DNA of 60,801 nucleotides from Gemmatimonadota bacterium (GTDB taxonomy: Bacteria; Gemmatimonadota; Gemmatimonadetes; Gemmatimonadales; Gemmatimonadaceae), in assembly GCA_038041995.1 (NCBI GenBank), contig JBBTFF010000050.1, forward strand, positions 7,176 through 67,976, read 5' to 3'. The stretch's first letter is position 1; the number at the start of each line of letters is the position of its first letter. Positions 30,301 through 37,526 of the stretch are shown one piece after another. The notes below the pieces were generated by a model. It searched no databases, had not been told where the DNA came from, and was given only the letters and a program-made list of their open reading frames with translations. Position numbers and translations under genes: made by a program.

Positions 30301-30499
30301 GCGGGCCGGAATGAACCAGATCTTCGGCGGTGGTGGTCGTCGCGGTGGTGGTGGTGCTGCCCCGCTCGTCGGCACGGGTGACTACCTGGTGTCGATCACG
30401 GTCGGCGGCCACACAATGAAGCAGGTGCTGCGCGTTGAGCGCGTGAGCGGCGGTGCGGGCAGCGGGTTCCCGTTCCAGGACGAGGAGCACGAGCCGTAA
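27314..30499 (+). CDS. Sortilin/VPS10-like BNR (Asp-box) repeat protein, secreted, with Gly-rich C-terminal insertion
   Basis: ATG 27314 gives signal peptide MRSALKLVVLSVLCAAPLAAQ. Many Asp-box motifs are present: TTNGGRTWE, TVDGGKTWQ, SADGGKTWT, SRDGGKTAG, WNDGGSWT, TKDGGKSFA. It is a paralog of 49885..53001. Confidence 0.8.
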   Translation: MRSALKLVVLSVLCAAPLAAQLDSTTIAGFRWRNIGLANHQGRTVDVAGIPWPSRTFYVSSAGGGLFKTTNAGTTFRPVFENEHVSSGGMIGIAPSDTNTVYYGTGEPNSRNSISPGAGMWKTTNGGRTWEFIGLKETQHIGRVVVDPSNKDIVYVAALGAAWATNKERGLYKTVDGGKTWQLKKFINDSTGFVDVALDPRDPRVVWAASYQRIRGPYYQYSGGKGSALWKSTDAGETFAEVKGGGFPETTKGRISITIAASNPDVMYAMVEADTAPNPKKDPKVKAQKSPSGLYRSADGGKTWTKMSDDNVRPFYYSQVRVAPNNPDRVFWSSTPVKHSRDGGKTAGNATVGVHVDHHGMWIDPRDPSHIVVANDGGVAQSWDDGGNWDNINTLPIGQYYNVSFDNAVPYNVCGGAQDNGSWCGPSRRKQGTITNSMWFTFNGGDGFVTAQDPTNPDIIYGESQGGNIGRYRVSTGERTALVKPAWRPRYMQWEDSILVDRPDTAKPMAKDQAKRQAALRAAQRKDSVELDLRWNWNTPFFISPHNPQVLYFGANRVLKSTKQGSDMFLISPELSYADTMKIRVSTRTTGGITTDATGAETFGTVVSLNESPLRPGILFAGTDDGRLWSSWNDGGSWTEHTANVKGVPAGTYVSRIEPSHVDSLTFYVTYDNHRRGDFAPYVVMTKDGGKSFASIASNLPTGGPDFAYVIREDLKNPNLLFVGTDVGAYVSSNKGQSWQKFMTGLPTVPVMDLAIHPRDGELIAATHGRSFWIVDISALQQMDAAVVAKTAHLFKPRIAFQWGEKPFNGESTGNRVFQVPSPAYGAEITYKLATANPGQVRIVIQDASGDTLRTLNGPGSAGINRMTWDFRGKVPPSPKLSPAEVRDSISSVRKVIAALDSIEKEGTIAKPVLDRMRQGLTGSADAMQQMITQLGGFGGGGGGFGAQAGRWQDRPGETPAGAGGGGRGPGGGAASGAGAPPDMNQLFGVMQAALGRAGMNQIFGGGGRRGGGGAAPLVGTGDYLVSITVGGHTMKQVLRVERVSGGAGSGFPFQDEEHEP

Positions 30500-30509
30500 C
30501 AGGGTTTTC

Positions 30510-30656
30510 CTTCGACCACGAAGAGCGAAGGACGCAAAGGTTCGCGAAGGACTGCACGCAATTGAAAGTGGGCTCGGCGGACAGCAATGTCCCCGGGCCC
30601 ATTTTCATGTCAGTTCTTCGCGCCCCTTCGCGCCCTTCGTCCTTCGTGGTAGCAGT
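30510..30656. repeat. Long imperfect palindromic intergenic element, family A (CTTCGYG / CRCGAAG subrepeats), copy 1
   Basis: The left arm accacgaagagcgaaggacgcaaaggttcgcgaaggactg (30515-30554) is the imperfect reverse complement of cagttcttcgcgccccttcgcgcccttcgtccttcgtggt (30611-30650). The core ...gggctcggcggac...ccccgggccc is homologous to the core of copy 39191..39334. It sits between convergent genes. Confidence 0.8.
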
Positions 30657-30676
30657 TGTCTGGCGCTCTCGCGCGG

Positions 30677-32833
30677 TCAATATCTGAGGTACTGCACGTA
30701 CTTCACCACCAGCCCGCCGCGCATCGGCCGCGCCCACGGGATCGACCGCCCGTCGAGATCCGTCGGCCACGCGCTGTTCAGCACCACATACAGGTCCGAC
30801 CCCGGCGTCCGCGTCCAGCGCACGCGTGCGTTCAGGGCGGCCCGGTTGGCCTCGTTGTTCCACTGTGCGAAGAGCGTGGTGTTCAGCCGGGGTGTCAGCG
30901 CGTAGTCCACCCGGGCCGTCGTGGTGCGCGCCACGAAATGTGACACCGGGAAGCGCCCCTCGGTGTACCCGAAATCAACGGACCAGAGCAGGTGCGGTTG
31001 CACCCGGCCCTCCACCGTGACTTCATAATCCTCGCCACCACCATGGTAGAACTTGCCGAAGTTCGCGCGTGCCTCCACGCGCACCGCACGCCGGCTTGAA
31101 CCCTCGTACGACAACTCCCATCGGTCGAACCAGTAGTGGCCGGCCTCGATCGTCGTGCCTTCGAAGATCTCGAACGCCTCCCTGGGAGCGTCCCCCTCGC
31201 GCGACAACTGCACCTGCACCTCGTCGCCCGAGTTGAAGTTCACGCCGAGCGGCGTGATGCCGAAGCTGGCGTTGCTCAGGCCGCCGTCGAGGCGTTGCAC
31301 GTAGTTGTACTCCAATAGGTTGAATTGCAGCTGTCGCACGTACGGGATGTGCGGGCGCGGCGTGAACTCCATCTGTCCGGCCCAGCGCCAGATGCCGTCA
31401 TTTTGCACAAAGCCGAGTGTGGGATTGAACCCTGCTTCTACCCGCTCAAACCGCGTCGCGATATCGGCGATATCGTTGGGAAAATCGATGAAGAGCCGTG
31501 CGTAGTTCGGCGCTCCGCCCGTGCTATCGTGGGTCCACGCGGTTGAAGCGGCGAAGACGAGGTTCTGTCCCCTGATGATGAACGGAAGGTTGGCGTCAAC
31601 TCCGGTGGCAGTGCTCGCCTCGCTCCCGCGTTCGTCGCGCCCCGTGAACATCGCCCCCAGGTAGCCGCGCCCCAGCAGGTCGCGCCGCACGCGCACTACT
31701 GCGTCGCTGGCCGGCGAGTCGCCCCCGGTGCGCGCGGCAATCACACCCACCTGCTGGTCCCCGATGCGCCCCGACAAACGCGCACCCGCAAGCAGTGGAA
31801 TAGCGGTGCCGTCGCCGGAGAGGCCGATGCGTCGGCTGTAGAACAGCTGCGTCTCTTGTCGGCGGCCGAAGTCGAAGATGCTCGCCCCCTCGGTGAAGAA
31901 CGGGCGACGTTCGGGAAGGAAGAGCGGAAAACGCGTGAAGTTGATCACTTGCCGGTCGACGTCGGCCTGCGCGAAATCGGCATTGGTGGCGAGGTCGAGC
32001 GTCAGCTCGCGCGATGGCGCGAGCTTCGCATCCATGCCAAAGGTGCCCTTGAGCCCGGCGTTGGCCGTCTTGTCGAACGTGCCATCGGCATTGTAGTCGC
32101 GACTCAGGCTGTTCCCGGTCGCGGCGGTGTATGGCCGCAATTCGGCGGTGGCTCGCGGCGGCAAGTCGACAAAGCCTTCCACGACGCCGGCGCGCTCGAG
32201 GAACTTGATCCCCTCAGTGCGTCGCCACGCTCGCCACAGCACATCCTCATTCTTGCGGCGAATCACCCGCCGCAGGTTCACGTCCCACGCTGTGCTGCTG
32301 GCACGGTAACGAAGTGTCTGCCACGGGATGAACACCTCGGCCACCCAACCGTCGCTGGTGAGGTGGGCGCGCGCATCCCACACTGCATCCCAGTCGGAGT
32401 TCTCGCTTTCGAACGACACGATCTCGGCGTCCGCCATTGCGCCATTCGGGTTCACGGCGAACAGGAACCCTGTGCGCTTGTCCTGCAGCGGCGACACCAT
32501 GAGCTGCACTGCGTCGTCCGTATCGAAGTCCGTGTCACGCCGCAGTTGCGCGTGCAGCACCCGCCCCGGCTCACGGTCATACGCGTGGATGCCGATCCAC
32601 AGCCCGTCGCCCGTCGAGAGAAAACGCACCACCGTCCGTTCGGTGGCGGCATCCCCCTCACTCGGATCGCGCTGTCGGAAGTCGTCGATGCTGTCGGCAC
32701 GCTGCCATGCAGATTCGTCGAGCTTGCCGTCGAGTTGCAGGCGGTCGCGCGTGGCATGCACGCGGGGAGCCTGGGCGGCAGCGATGTTCGCCGTGCAGAA
32801 GAGGATGGGGGCGAGAAATCGAGTGCACATCAT
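30677..32833 (-). CDS. CBM9-like domain + DUF5916 beta-barrel protein (predicted outer-membrane/secreted)
   Basis: ATG 32833/32830 gives signal peptide MMCTRFLAPILFCTANIAAAQA. N-terminal region: DGKLDESAWQRADSIDDFRQRDPSEGDAATERTVVRFL...DDAVQLMVSPLQDKRTGFLFAVNPNG. It has a long beta-rich C-terminus ending in aromatic residues (LRY). It is a paralog of 43230..45446. Confidence 0.7.
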   Translation of the reverse strand: MMCTRFLAPILFCTANIAAAQAPRVHATRDRLQLDGKLDESAWQRADSIDDFRQRDPSEGDAATERTVVRFLSTGDGLWIGIHAYDREPGRVLHAQLRRDTDFDTDDAVQLMVSPLQDKRTGFLFAVNPNGAMADAEIVSFESENSDWDAVWDARAHLTSDGWVAEVFIPWQTLRYRASSTAWDVNLRRVIRRKNEDVLWRAWRRTEGIKFLERAGVVEGFVDLPPRATAELRPYTAATGNSLSRDYNADGTFDKTANAGLKGTFGMDAKLAPSRELTLDLATNADFAQADVDRQVINFTRFPLFLPERRPFFTEGASIFDFGRRQETQLFYSRRIGLSGDGTAIPLLAGARLSGRIGDQQVGVIAARTGGDSPASDAVVRVRRDLLGRGYLGAMFTGRDERGSEASTATGVDANLPFIIRGQNLVFAASTAWTHDSTGGAPNYARLFIDFPNDIADIATRFERVEAGFNPTLGFVQNDGIWRWAGQMEFTPRPHIPYVRQLQFNLLEYNYVQRLDGGLSNASFGITPLGVNFNSGDEVQVQLSREGDAPREAFEIFEGTTIEAGHYWFDRWELSYEGSSRRAVRVEARANFGKFYHGGGEDYEVTVEGRVQPHLLWSVDFGYTEGRFPVSHFVARTTTARVDYALTPRLNTTLFAQWNNEANRAALNARVRWTRTPGSDLYVVLNSAWPTDLDGRSIPWARPMRGGLVVKYVQYLRY

Positions 32834-32849
32834 GCCACATATTACGGAA

Positions 32850-32918
32850 CCAGGGAGGACTTCGTTGCAGTCGTCCCTTCGTGCCCCTTCGTGTGCTTCG
32901 CGCCTTCGTGGTGTGCAG
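32850..32918. repeat. Family A element, half copy (right arm only)
   Basis: gtcgtcccttcgtgccccttcgtgtgcttcgcgccttcgtggtgtgcag is near-identical to the right arm of 39191..39334 (gtcatcttcgtgcccccctcgtgtccttcgcgccttcgtggtgagcag). It fills the 91-nt gap between two same-strand genes. Confidence 0.7.
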
Positions 32919-32924
32919 TACGAG

Positions 32925-34547
32925 CTACCGCACCACCACGAACCGAACCGCGTCCGACGCCTGCCCTGCCCGATCAATCGCCGTGATGACCAGGCGGTCC
33001 GGAAGCAGTCCTTCCCCGTTCGGCACGATGTGCTCATCGCACGCGCATCGCGCCACCAGCCGGCTTCCCCAGACACCCCCCGTGCGGGTCTGCAACAGGT
33101 ACCAGCGTGCCACCTGCCTGGCCGGCATCGTCATTGTCACCGTGAGGCCTCCCGAGGCCGCGTTCTTCTTCACGCGTACCGAGGGCGCCGAGGGCAGCGT
33201 CTTTGCCAGCCATGGCGATGGGGGCACCAATGCCACGTCGCCGTACACTCGCTCGACGAGGCGAGATGCCACGCCGCCCTGGTCGGTGAGGAACGCCTTC
33301 ATCGAGAAATGCACGGCCCCCGTGGCATTCGGGTTGGCGCGCGCACTGTCCACCTGCGCCACGATTTCGTCAGCCACCCAGGGATTGTTGGCACTCAATC
33401 CGTTGCCCGCTGGTGTCACCGCCCTTACCCGGCTCGTGTACAACCCCGGCCAGAGGTGGCGTCCGATCGTGTTCTGCTCGCCCCACCACTTGAGCAGCAC
33501 CGGGAAGCTCTGCTCCGCCTTGCCGATGTTCCAGTAGAGCTGCGGCGTGAAGTAGTCCACCCACCCCTTCTCCCACCACAACTTCGAGTCGGCGTACAGT
33601 TGCTCGTACGCATCGAATCCCTTGATCTGCTCCGGGTACCCCGGGCGCCAGATCCCGAACGGCGAGATGCCGAACTTCACCCACGACTTGGCGAGATGGA
33701 TCTTCTCGTCGAGTTGCCGAACGAGCTTGTTCACGTTCTCGCGGCGCCAATCGTCGCGCGACAACTTGCCACCTGCCTTCACGTATTTCCTGAAACTGCG
33801 GTCGTCCAGAAACTCCGTCGTTCCACGCGTCGTCTTTTCCTTGTATGGATAGAAATAGTCGTCCAGGTGCACACCATCGATGTCGTATCGCTTCACGACA
33901 TCCAGCACCACGCGCAGCGTGCGCGCGCGCACCGTACTCTCGCCCGGATCCATCCAGAGGTGCGTGCCGTACTTCTTCACCAGCGCTGGTGACGTGTTGG
34001 CGATATGGCGCCTGGACAGTGGCCCAGTGGCGCTGGGGTGACGGGCGCGGTACGGATTGAACCACGCGTGCAACTCGAGTCCGCGCAGGTGCGCCTGTTC
34101 CACGGCGTAAGCCAGGGGATCCCACGCCGGCACCGGCGCGCGTCCCTGCCGGCCGGTGAGGTACTCCGACCACGGTTCGATGCTGCTCTTGTACAAGGCA
34201 TCCGCTGCCGGACGCACCTGCAGGATCACGGCATTCAAGTGCGCGACTTGCGCGCGATCGAGGATTGTCAGGAGCTCGGCTTTCTGCTCGCTCGCTGGCA
34301 GCCCGGGCTTCGACGGCCAGTCGATGTTCGACACCGACGCCACCCACACACCACGGAACTCGCGAAGCAGTTGGGGTGCGTAACAGGTGGTGTCGGCGTT
34401 ATCGCAGGCCACGGTTGCAGGTGGCGGCACTGTCGGTGCGCGACGAGCCGTGGCGGACTTGGGAGCCTGCGCCGCGAGCGGCAGTGCCAGGACGAACACG
34501 ATCAATGCTGAATTTCGCATGAATGAAGGTAATGCCACCCTCTTCAT
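32925..34547 (-). CDS. Glycoside-hydrolase-like GHL10 family protein (YngK/YddW-like, DUF187), secreted
   Basis: Signal peptide ...MRNSALIVFVLALPLAAQA. Body: FRGVWVASVSNIDWPS...AELLTILDRAQVAHLNAVILQVRPAADALY.S..EPWSEYLTG.QG..P.WDPLAYAVEQAH.RGLELHAWFNPYR. The start could also be ATG 34520. Confidence 0.75.
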   Translation of the reverse strand: MKRVALPSFMRNSALIVFVLALPLAAQAPKSATARRAPTVPPPATVACDNADTTCYAPQLLREFRGVWVASVSNIDWPSKPGLPASEQKAELLTILDRAQVAHLNAVILQVRPAADALYKSSIEPWSEYLTGRQGRAPVPAWDPLAYAVEQAHLRGLELHAWFNPYRARHPSATGPLSRRHIANTSPALVKKYGTHLWMDPGESTVRARTLRVVLDVVKRYDIDGVHLDDYFYPYKEKTTRGTTEFLDDRSFRKYVKAGGKLSRDDWRRENVNKLVRQLDEKIHLAKSWVKFGISPFGIWRPGYPEQIKGFDAYEQLYADSKLWWEKGWVDYFTPQLYWNIGKAEQSFPVLLKWWGEQNTIGRHLWPGLYTSRVRAVTPAGNGLSANNPWVADEIVAQVDSARANPNATGAVHFSMKAFLTDQGGVASRLVERVYGDVALVPPSPWLAKTLPSAPSVRVKKNAASGGLTVTMTMPARQVARWYLLQTRTGGVWGSRLVARCACDEHIVPNGEGLLPDRLVITAIDRAGQASDAVRFVVVR

Positions 34548-34670
34548 TGTCGTACACGCTACTCACCTGCCCTCCGCGGAAGACTGGTCCTCCACGTGCC
34601 GAAGCTGGATGTTTATCCGGCGTTGCACCACATCGAACGCCCTGCTTCCTTCTTTGGTGCCCCACTGACA

Positions 34671-37526
34671 ATGATCATTCGACGTTCGCTTTTCTTCCTG
34701 AGTGCCGTCGTGTTTGCTCTCGCGTCGTGCACCCGCGCTCCCTCCGGCGGCGTCTCTCCCGCGCATGTGCGCGTCGGCCCGCCTCACGGATCGCTCGTGG
34801 CGGTCGGCGGCGGCAACCTGGGACCTGAGATTCTCCGCCGATTCGTCGAACTCGCCGGCGGTGCCGATGCTCCCATCCTGGTCATCCCCACCGCCGGCGA
34901 AGACTCCGTCTTCCCCGCCGACTGGAACGGACTCAATGGGTTGAAGGCCGCGGGCGCCACCAATCTCGCGGTCCTGCACACCGGAGATCGCCGGCTTGCC
35001 GAAAGCGATTCCTTTGTCGCTCCCATTCGTTCGGCGCGCGGAGTCTGGTTTCCCGGTGGTCGACAGTGGCGCCTGGTGGACTCGTACCTCGGCACGCAGA
35101 CCGAGACGGAATTGCACGCCGTGCTCGCGCGAGGCGGCGTCATTGGTGGCACGTCGGCGGGCGCGTTGATCCTCGCCAGCTACATGGTGCGAGGTGCGCG
35201 CGAGGGAAACGCCCAGATGATGGCGAAAGGCTACGAACAGGGTTTCGGGTTCCTGCGGCGCGCCGCCATCGACCAGCACGTCGTAACCCGTAACCGGCAG
35301 GATGACCTGCAGCAGGTCCTTAGCTCACACCCCGACCTGCTGGGCATAGGCCTCGATGAAGGCACCGCACTCGTGGTACAGGGCGACCACGGCGAGATCA
35401 TCGGCCGCGACAAGGCCTTCGTGCACAACGGTCGCGACGCCACTGATCCCGGCTTTCCGTATCGCGTGCTCCTTCCTGGAGATCGCTTCGATCTCTCCCC
35501 GCGCCGCGTCATCTCGCGCGCTGCCGATGGCGGTCCGCTGAGCGAAGAATTCGTCGACTCGCTCTTCGCCGACTTCAACACGCCCGCTGCCCCGGGCGCC
35601 GCCGTGCTCGTAGCCATGGACGGCAAGATCCTAGTGAGCAAGGGGTACGGTCTCGCCGATCTCGAGGCGCGATCGCCGGTGACGCCACACACGAATTTTC
35701 GCCTCGCGTCGGTCACCAAGCAGTTCACCGCGATGGCGACCATGCTCCTCGTGCAGGACGGGAAGCTGCGACTCGACGAGTCGCTCACCGACGTCTTCCC
35801 GGAGTTTCCGGCGTACGGCCGCCGCGTCACCGTTCGCCATTTGCTGACGCACACCAGCGGTCTGCAGGACTACGAGGGCTTCGTCCCTGACTCCCAGGTC
35901 ACGCAGGTGCTCGACTCTGACGTGCTCAAGCGGATGATGTCGCTCGACTCAACCTATTTCGCGCCGGGCGCGAAGTTCCGCTACAGCAACTCGGGCTTCG
36001 CGGTGCTCGCCATGATCGTCGAGAAGCGATCGGGCACACGTTTCGCGGACTTCCTCAAGGCACGCATCTTCAACCGCGTAGGAATGCCGTGGACGCTCGC
36101 TCGCGAAGAGGGCCGTGCCCCCGTGCAACGACGCGCCTTCGGGCATTCCCGCCGCGATGGCGCGTGGAAGCGCACCGACCAGAGCAGCACCAGCGCGGTG
36201 CTTGGCGACGGCGGCATCTACTCGTCGGTCTCCGAGCTCTACCGTTGGAGTCGCGCCCTCGAGACGCGCGAATTGCTCGCCGACTCCCTTCGAGCCCTCA
36301 TCTTCCAGCGCGGCAGCAAGTCCGACAGCACGGGCGTGGATTACGGCTTTGGCTGGTATCTCGAATCAAGTCACTCTCTCCCCCGTACTCGCCACACTGG
36401 ATCCAGCGTCGGATTCAGGAACGCCATCATCCGCTATCCGACACTTGGCGCCACGATCATCGTGCTCACCAACCGCTCGAATGCCAACGCCGGTGCGCTC
36501 GCCGAGAAGATCGCCGAACGACTCACGACGGTTACCCGCGATCCGCGATGGACAGTGCAGCAGAGCGGTGCCACGGCGTCATTCCGCGGGTTCAGCGCCG
36601 TGAGCGACCTTGTGGCGTGGGCGGGCGGCAGCCGCGGCATGGTGCTCCGCACCACGAACGGCGGTGCACGCTGGGAACCGGTGCCGGTTCCCGGCGCCGA
36701 GTCACTGGACTTCCGCGACGTCCAGGGCGTCAGTGCCAGCATCGCGTTCGCGATGAGCGCAGGCCCCGCCGAGCAGGGCCAGGCGCGGATCTACAAGACC
36801 GTCGATGGCGGCGGCAGCTGGACGTTGCAGTGGAGTGACACCACCAGGGGCGTTTTCCTCGATGGCATGGCCTTCTGGGACGCCACGCACGGTATCGCGT
36901 TCAGCGATCCGGTGGATGGCAAGCTCGTCATCCTGCGCACCGAAGACGGCGCCATATGGCAGAGCGTGGACCCCGCTAACATTCCCCCCGCGCTCCCCGG
37001 GGAAGCGGCGTTCGCCGCCAGCGGAACCTCCGTTGCCGTGCAGGAAACGGAACACGCGTGGATCGCCACAGGCGGCGCACGTGAAGCGCGCGTCTTTCGC
37101 ACCACGGACGGCGGGCGGTCGTGGCAGGTGTCGGGCGCCGGCATTCCCGGTGGACCAAGTTCCGGATTCTTCGGCATCGCCTTTGCCGACACGCGTCGCG
37201 GCATTGCTGTGGCCGGCGACTATTCCATCGCACGCAGCAATGGCGACGTGACCATGGCGACCAGCGACGGCGGCGTCACGTGGAAGCGCGCCTCGCCCTG
37301 GCCATCGCAAGGAATCACTGGTGGCGTGGTGGCCGTGCGCGGTGCCGCGAAACCGCTTTTCGCCGCGGTCGGCGCCTACGGCACTGCGTTCAGCTCCGAC
37401 TTCGGTGCCACGTGGACGCACGGCGATACGCTCACGTTGTACGCCATTGACTTCGCCTCCAGAAACGCCGGGTGGGCAGTTGGCCCGCGCGGACGCATCG
37501 TCGCCTTCAAGGGAACCGCTCCGTGA
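34671..37526 (+). CDS. Tri-domain lipoprotein: S51 cyanophycinase-like peptidase + S12 beta-lactamase-fold serine hydrolase + Ycf48/BNR-like beta-propeller
   Basis: ATG 34671 gives MIIRRSLFFLSAVVFALASC (lipobox). S51 block: LVAVGGGNLGPEI...ILVIPTAG...GGVIGGTSAGALILA (Ser codon 35154-35156) ...AIDQH. S12 block: FRLASVTKQFTA (SxxK, Ser codon 35709-35711), YSNSGF, HTGSSVGF. C-terminal Asp-boxes: TTNGGARWE, TVDGGGSWT, TTDGGRSWQ, TSDGGVTWK, SSDFGATWT. Confidence 0.8.
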   Translation: MIIRRSLFFLSAVVFALASCTRAPSGGVSPAHVRVGPPHGSLVAVGGGNLGPEILRRFVELAGGADAPILVIPTAGEDSVFPADWNGLNGLKAAGATNLAVLHTGDRRLAESDSFVAPIRSARGVWFPGGRQWRLVDSYLGTQTETELHAVLARGGVIGGTSAGALILASYMVRGAREGNAQMMAKGYEQGFGFLRRAAIDQHVVTRNRQDDLQQVLSSHPDLLGIGLDEGTALVVQGDHGEIIGRDKAFVHNGRDATDPGFPYRVLLPGDRFDLSPRRVISRAADGGPLSEEFVDSLFADFNTPAAPGAAVLVAMDGKILVSKGYGLADLEARSPVTPHTNFRLASVTKQFTAMATMLLVQDGKLRLDESLTDVFPEFPAYGRRVTVRHLLTHTSGLQDYEGFVPDSQVTQVLDSDVLKRMMSLDSTYFAPGAKFRYSNSGFAVLAMIVEKRSGTRFADFLKARIFNRVGMPWTLAREEGRAPVQRRAFGHSRRDGAWKRTDQSSTSAVLGDGGIYSSVSELYRWSRALETRELLADSLRALIFQRGSKSDSTGVDYGFGWYLESSHSLPRTRHTGSSVGFRNAIIRYPTLGATIIVLTNRSNANAGALAEKIAERLTTVTRDPRWTVQQSGATASFRGFSAVSDLVAWAGGSRGMVLRTTNGGARWEPVPVPGAESLDFRDVQGVSASIAFAMSAGPAEQGQARIYKTVDGGGSWTLQWSDTTRGVFLDGMAFWDATHGIAFSDPVDGKLVILRTEDGAIWQSVDPANIPPALPGEAAFAASGTSVAVQETEHAWIATGGAREARVFRTTDGGRSWQVSGAGIPGGPSSGFFGIAFADTRRGIAVAGDYSIARSNGDVTMATSDGGVTWKRASPWPSQGITGGVVAVRGAAKPLFAAVGAYGTAFSSDFGATWTHGDTLTLYAIDFASRNAGWAVGPRGRIVAFKGTAP

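Noticed and set aside
30113-30375. Gly-rich tract as a separate gene or a nucleotide-level tandem repeat
   Set aside because: It is in frame within the sortilin-like CDS, and the conserved C-terminal strand (GDYLVSITVGGHTMKQVLRVERV) follows it. The DNA shows GGY-codon bias rather than a defined repeat unit.
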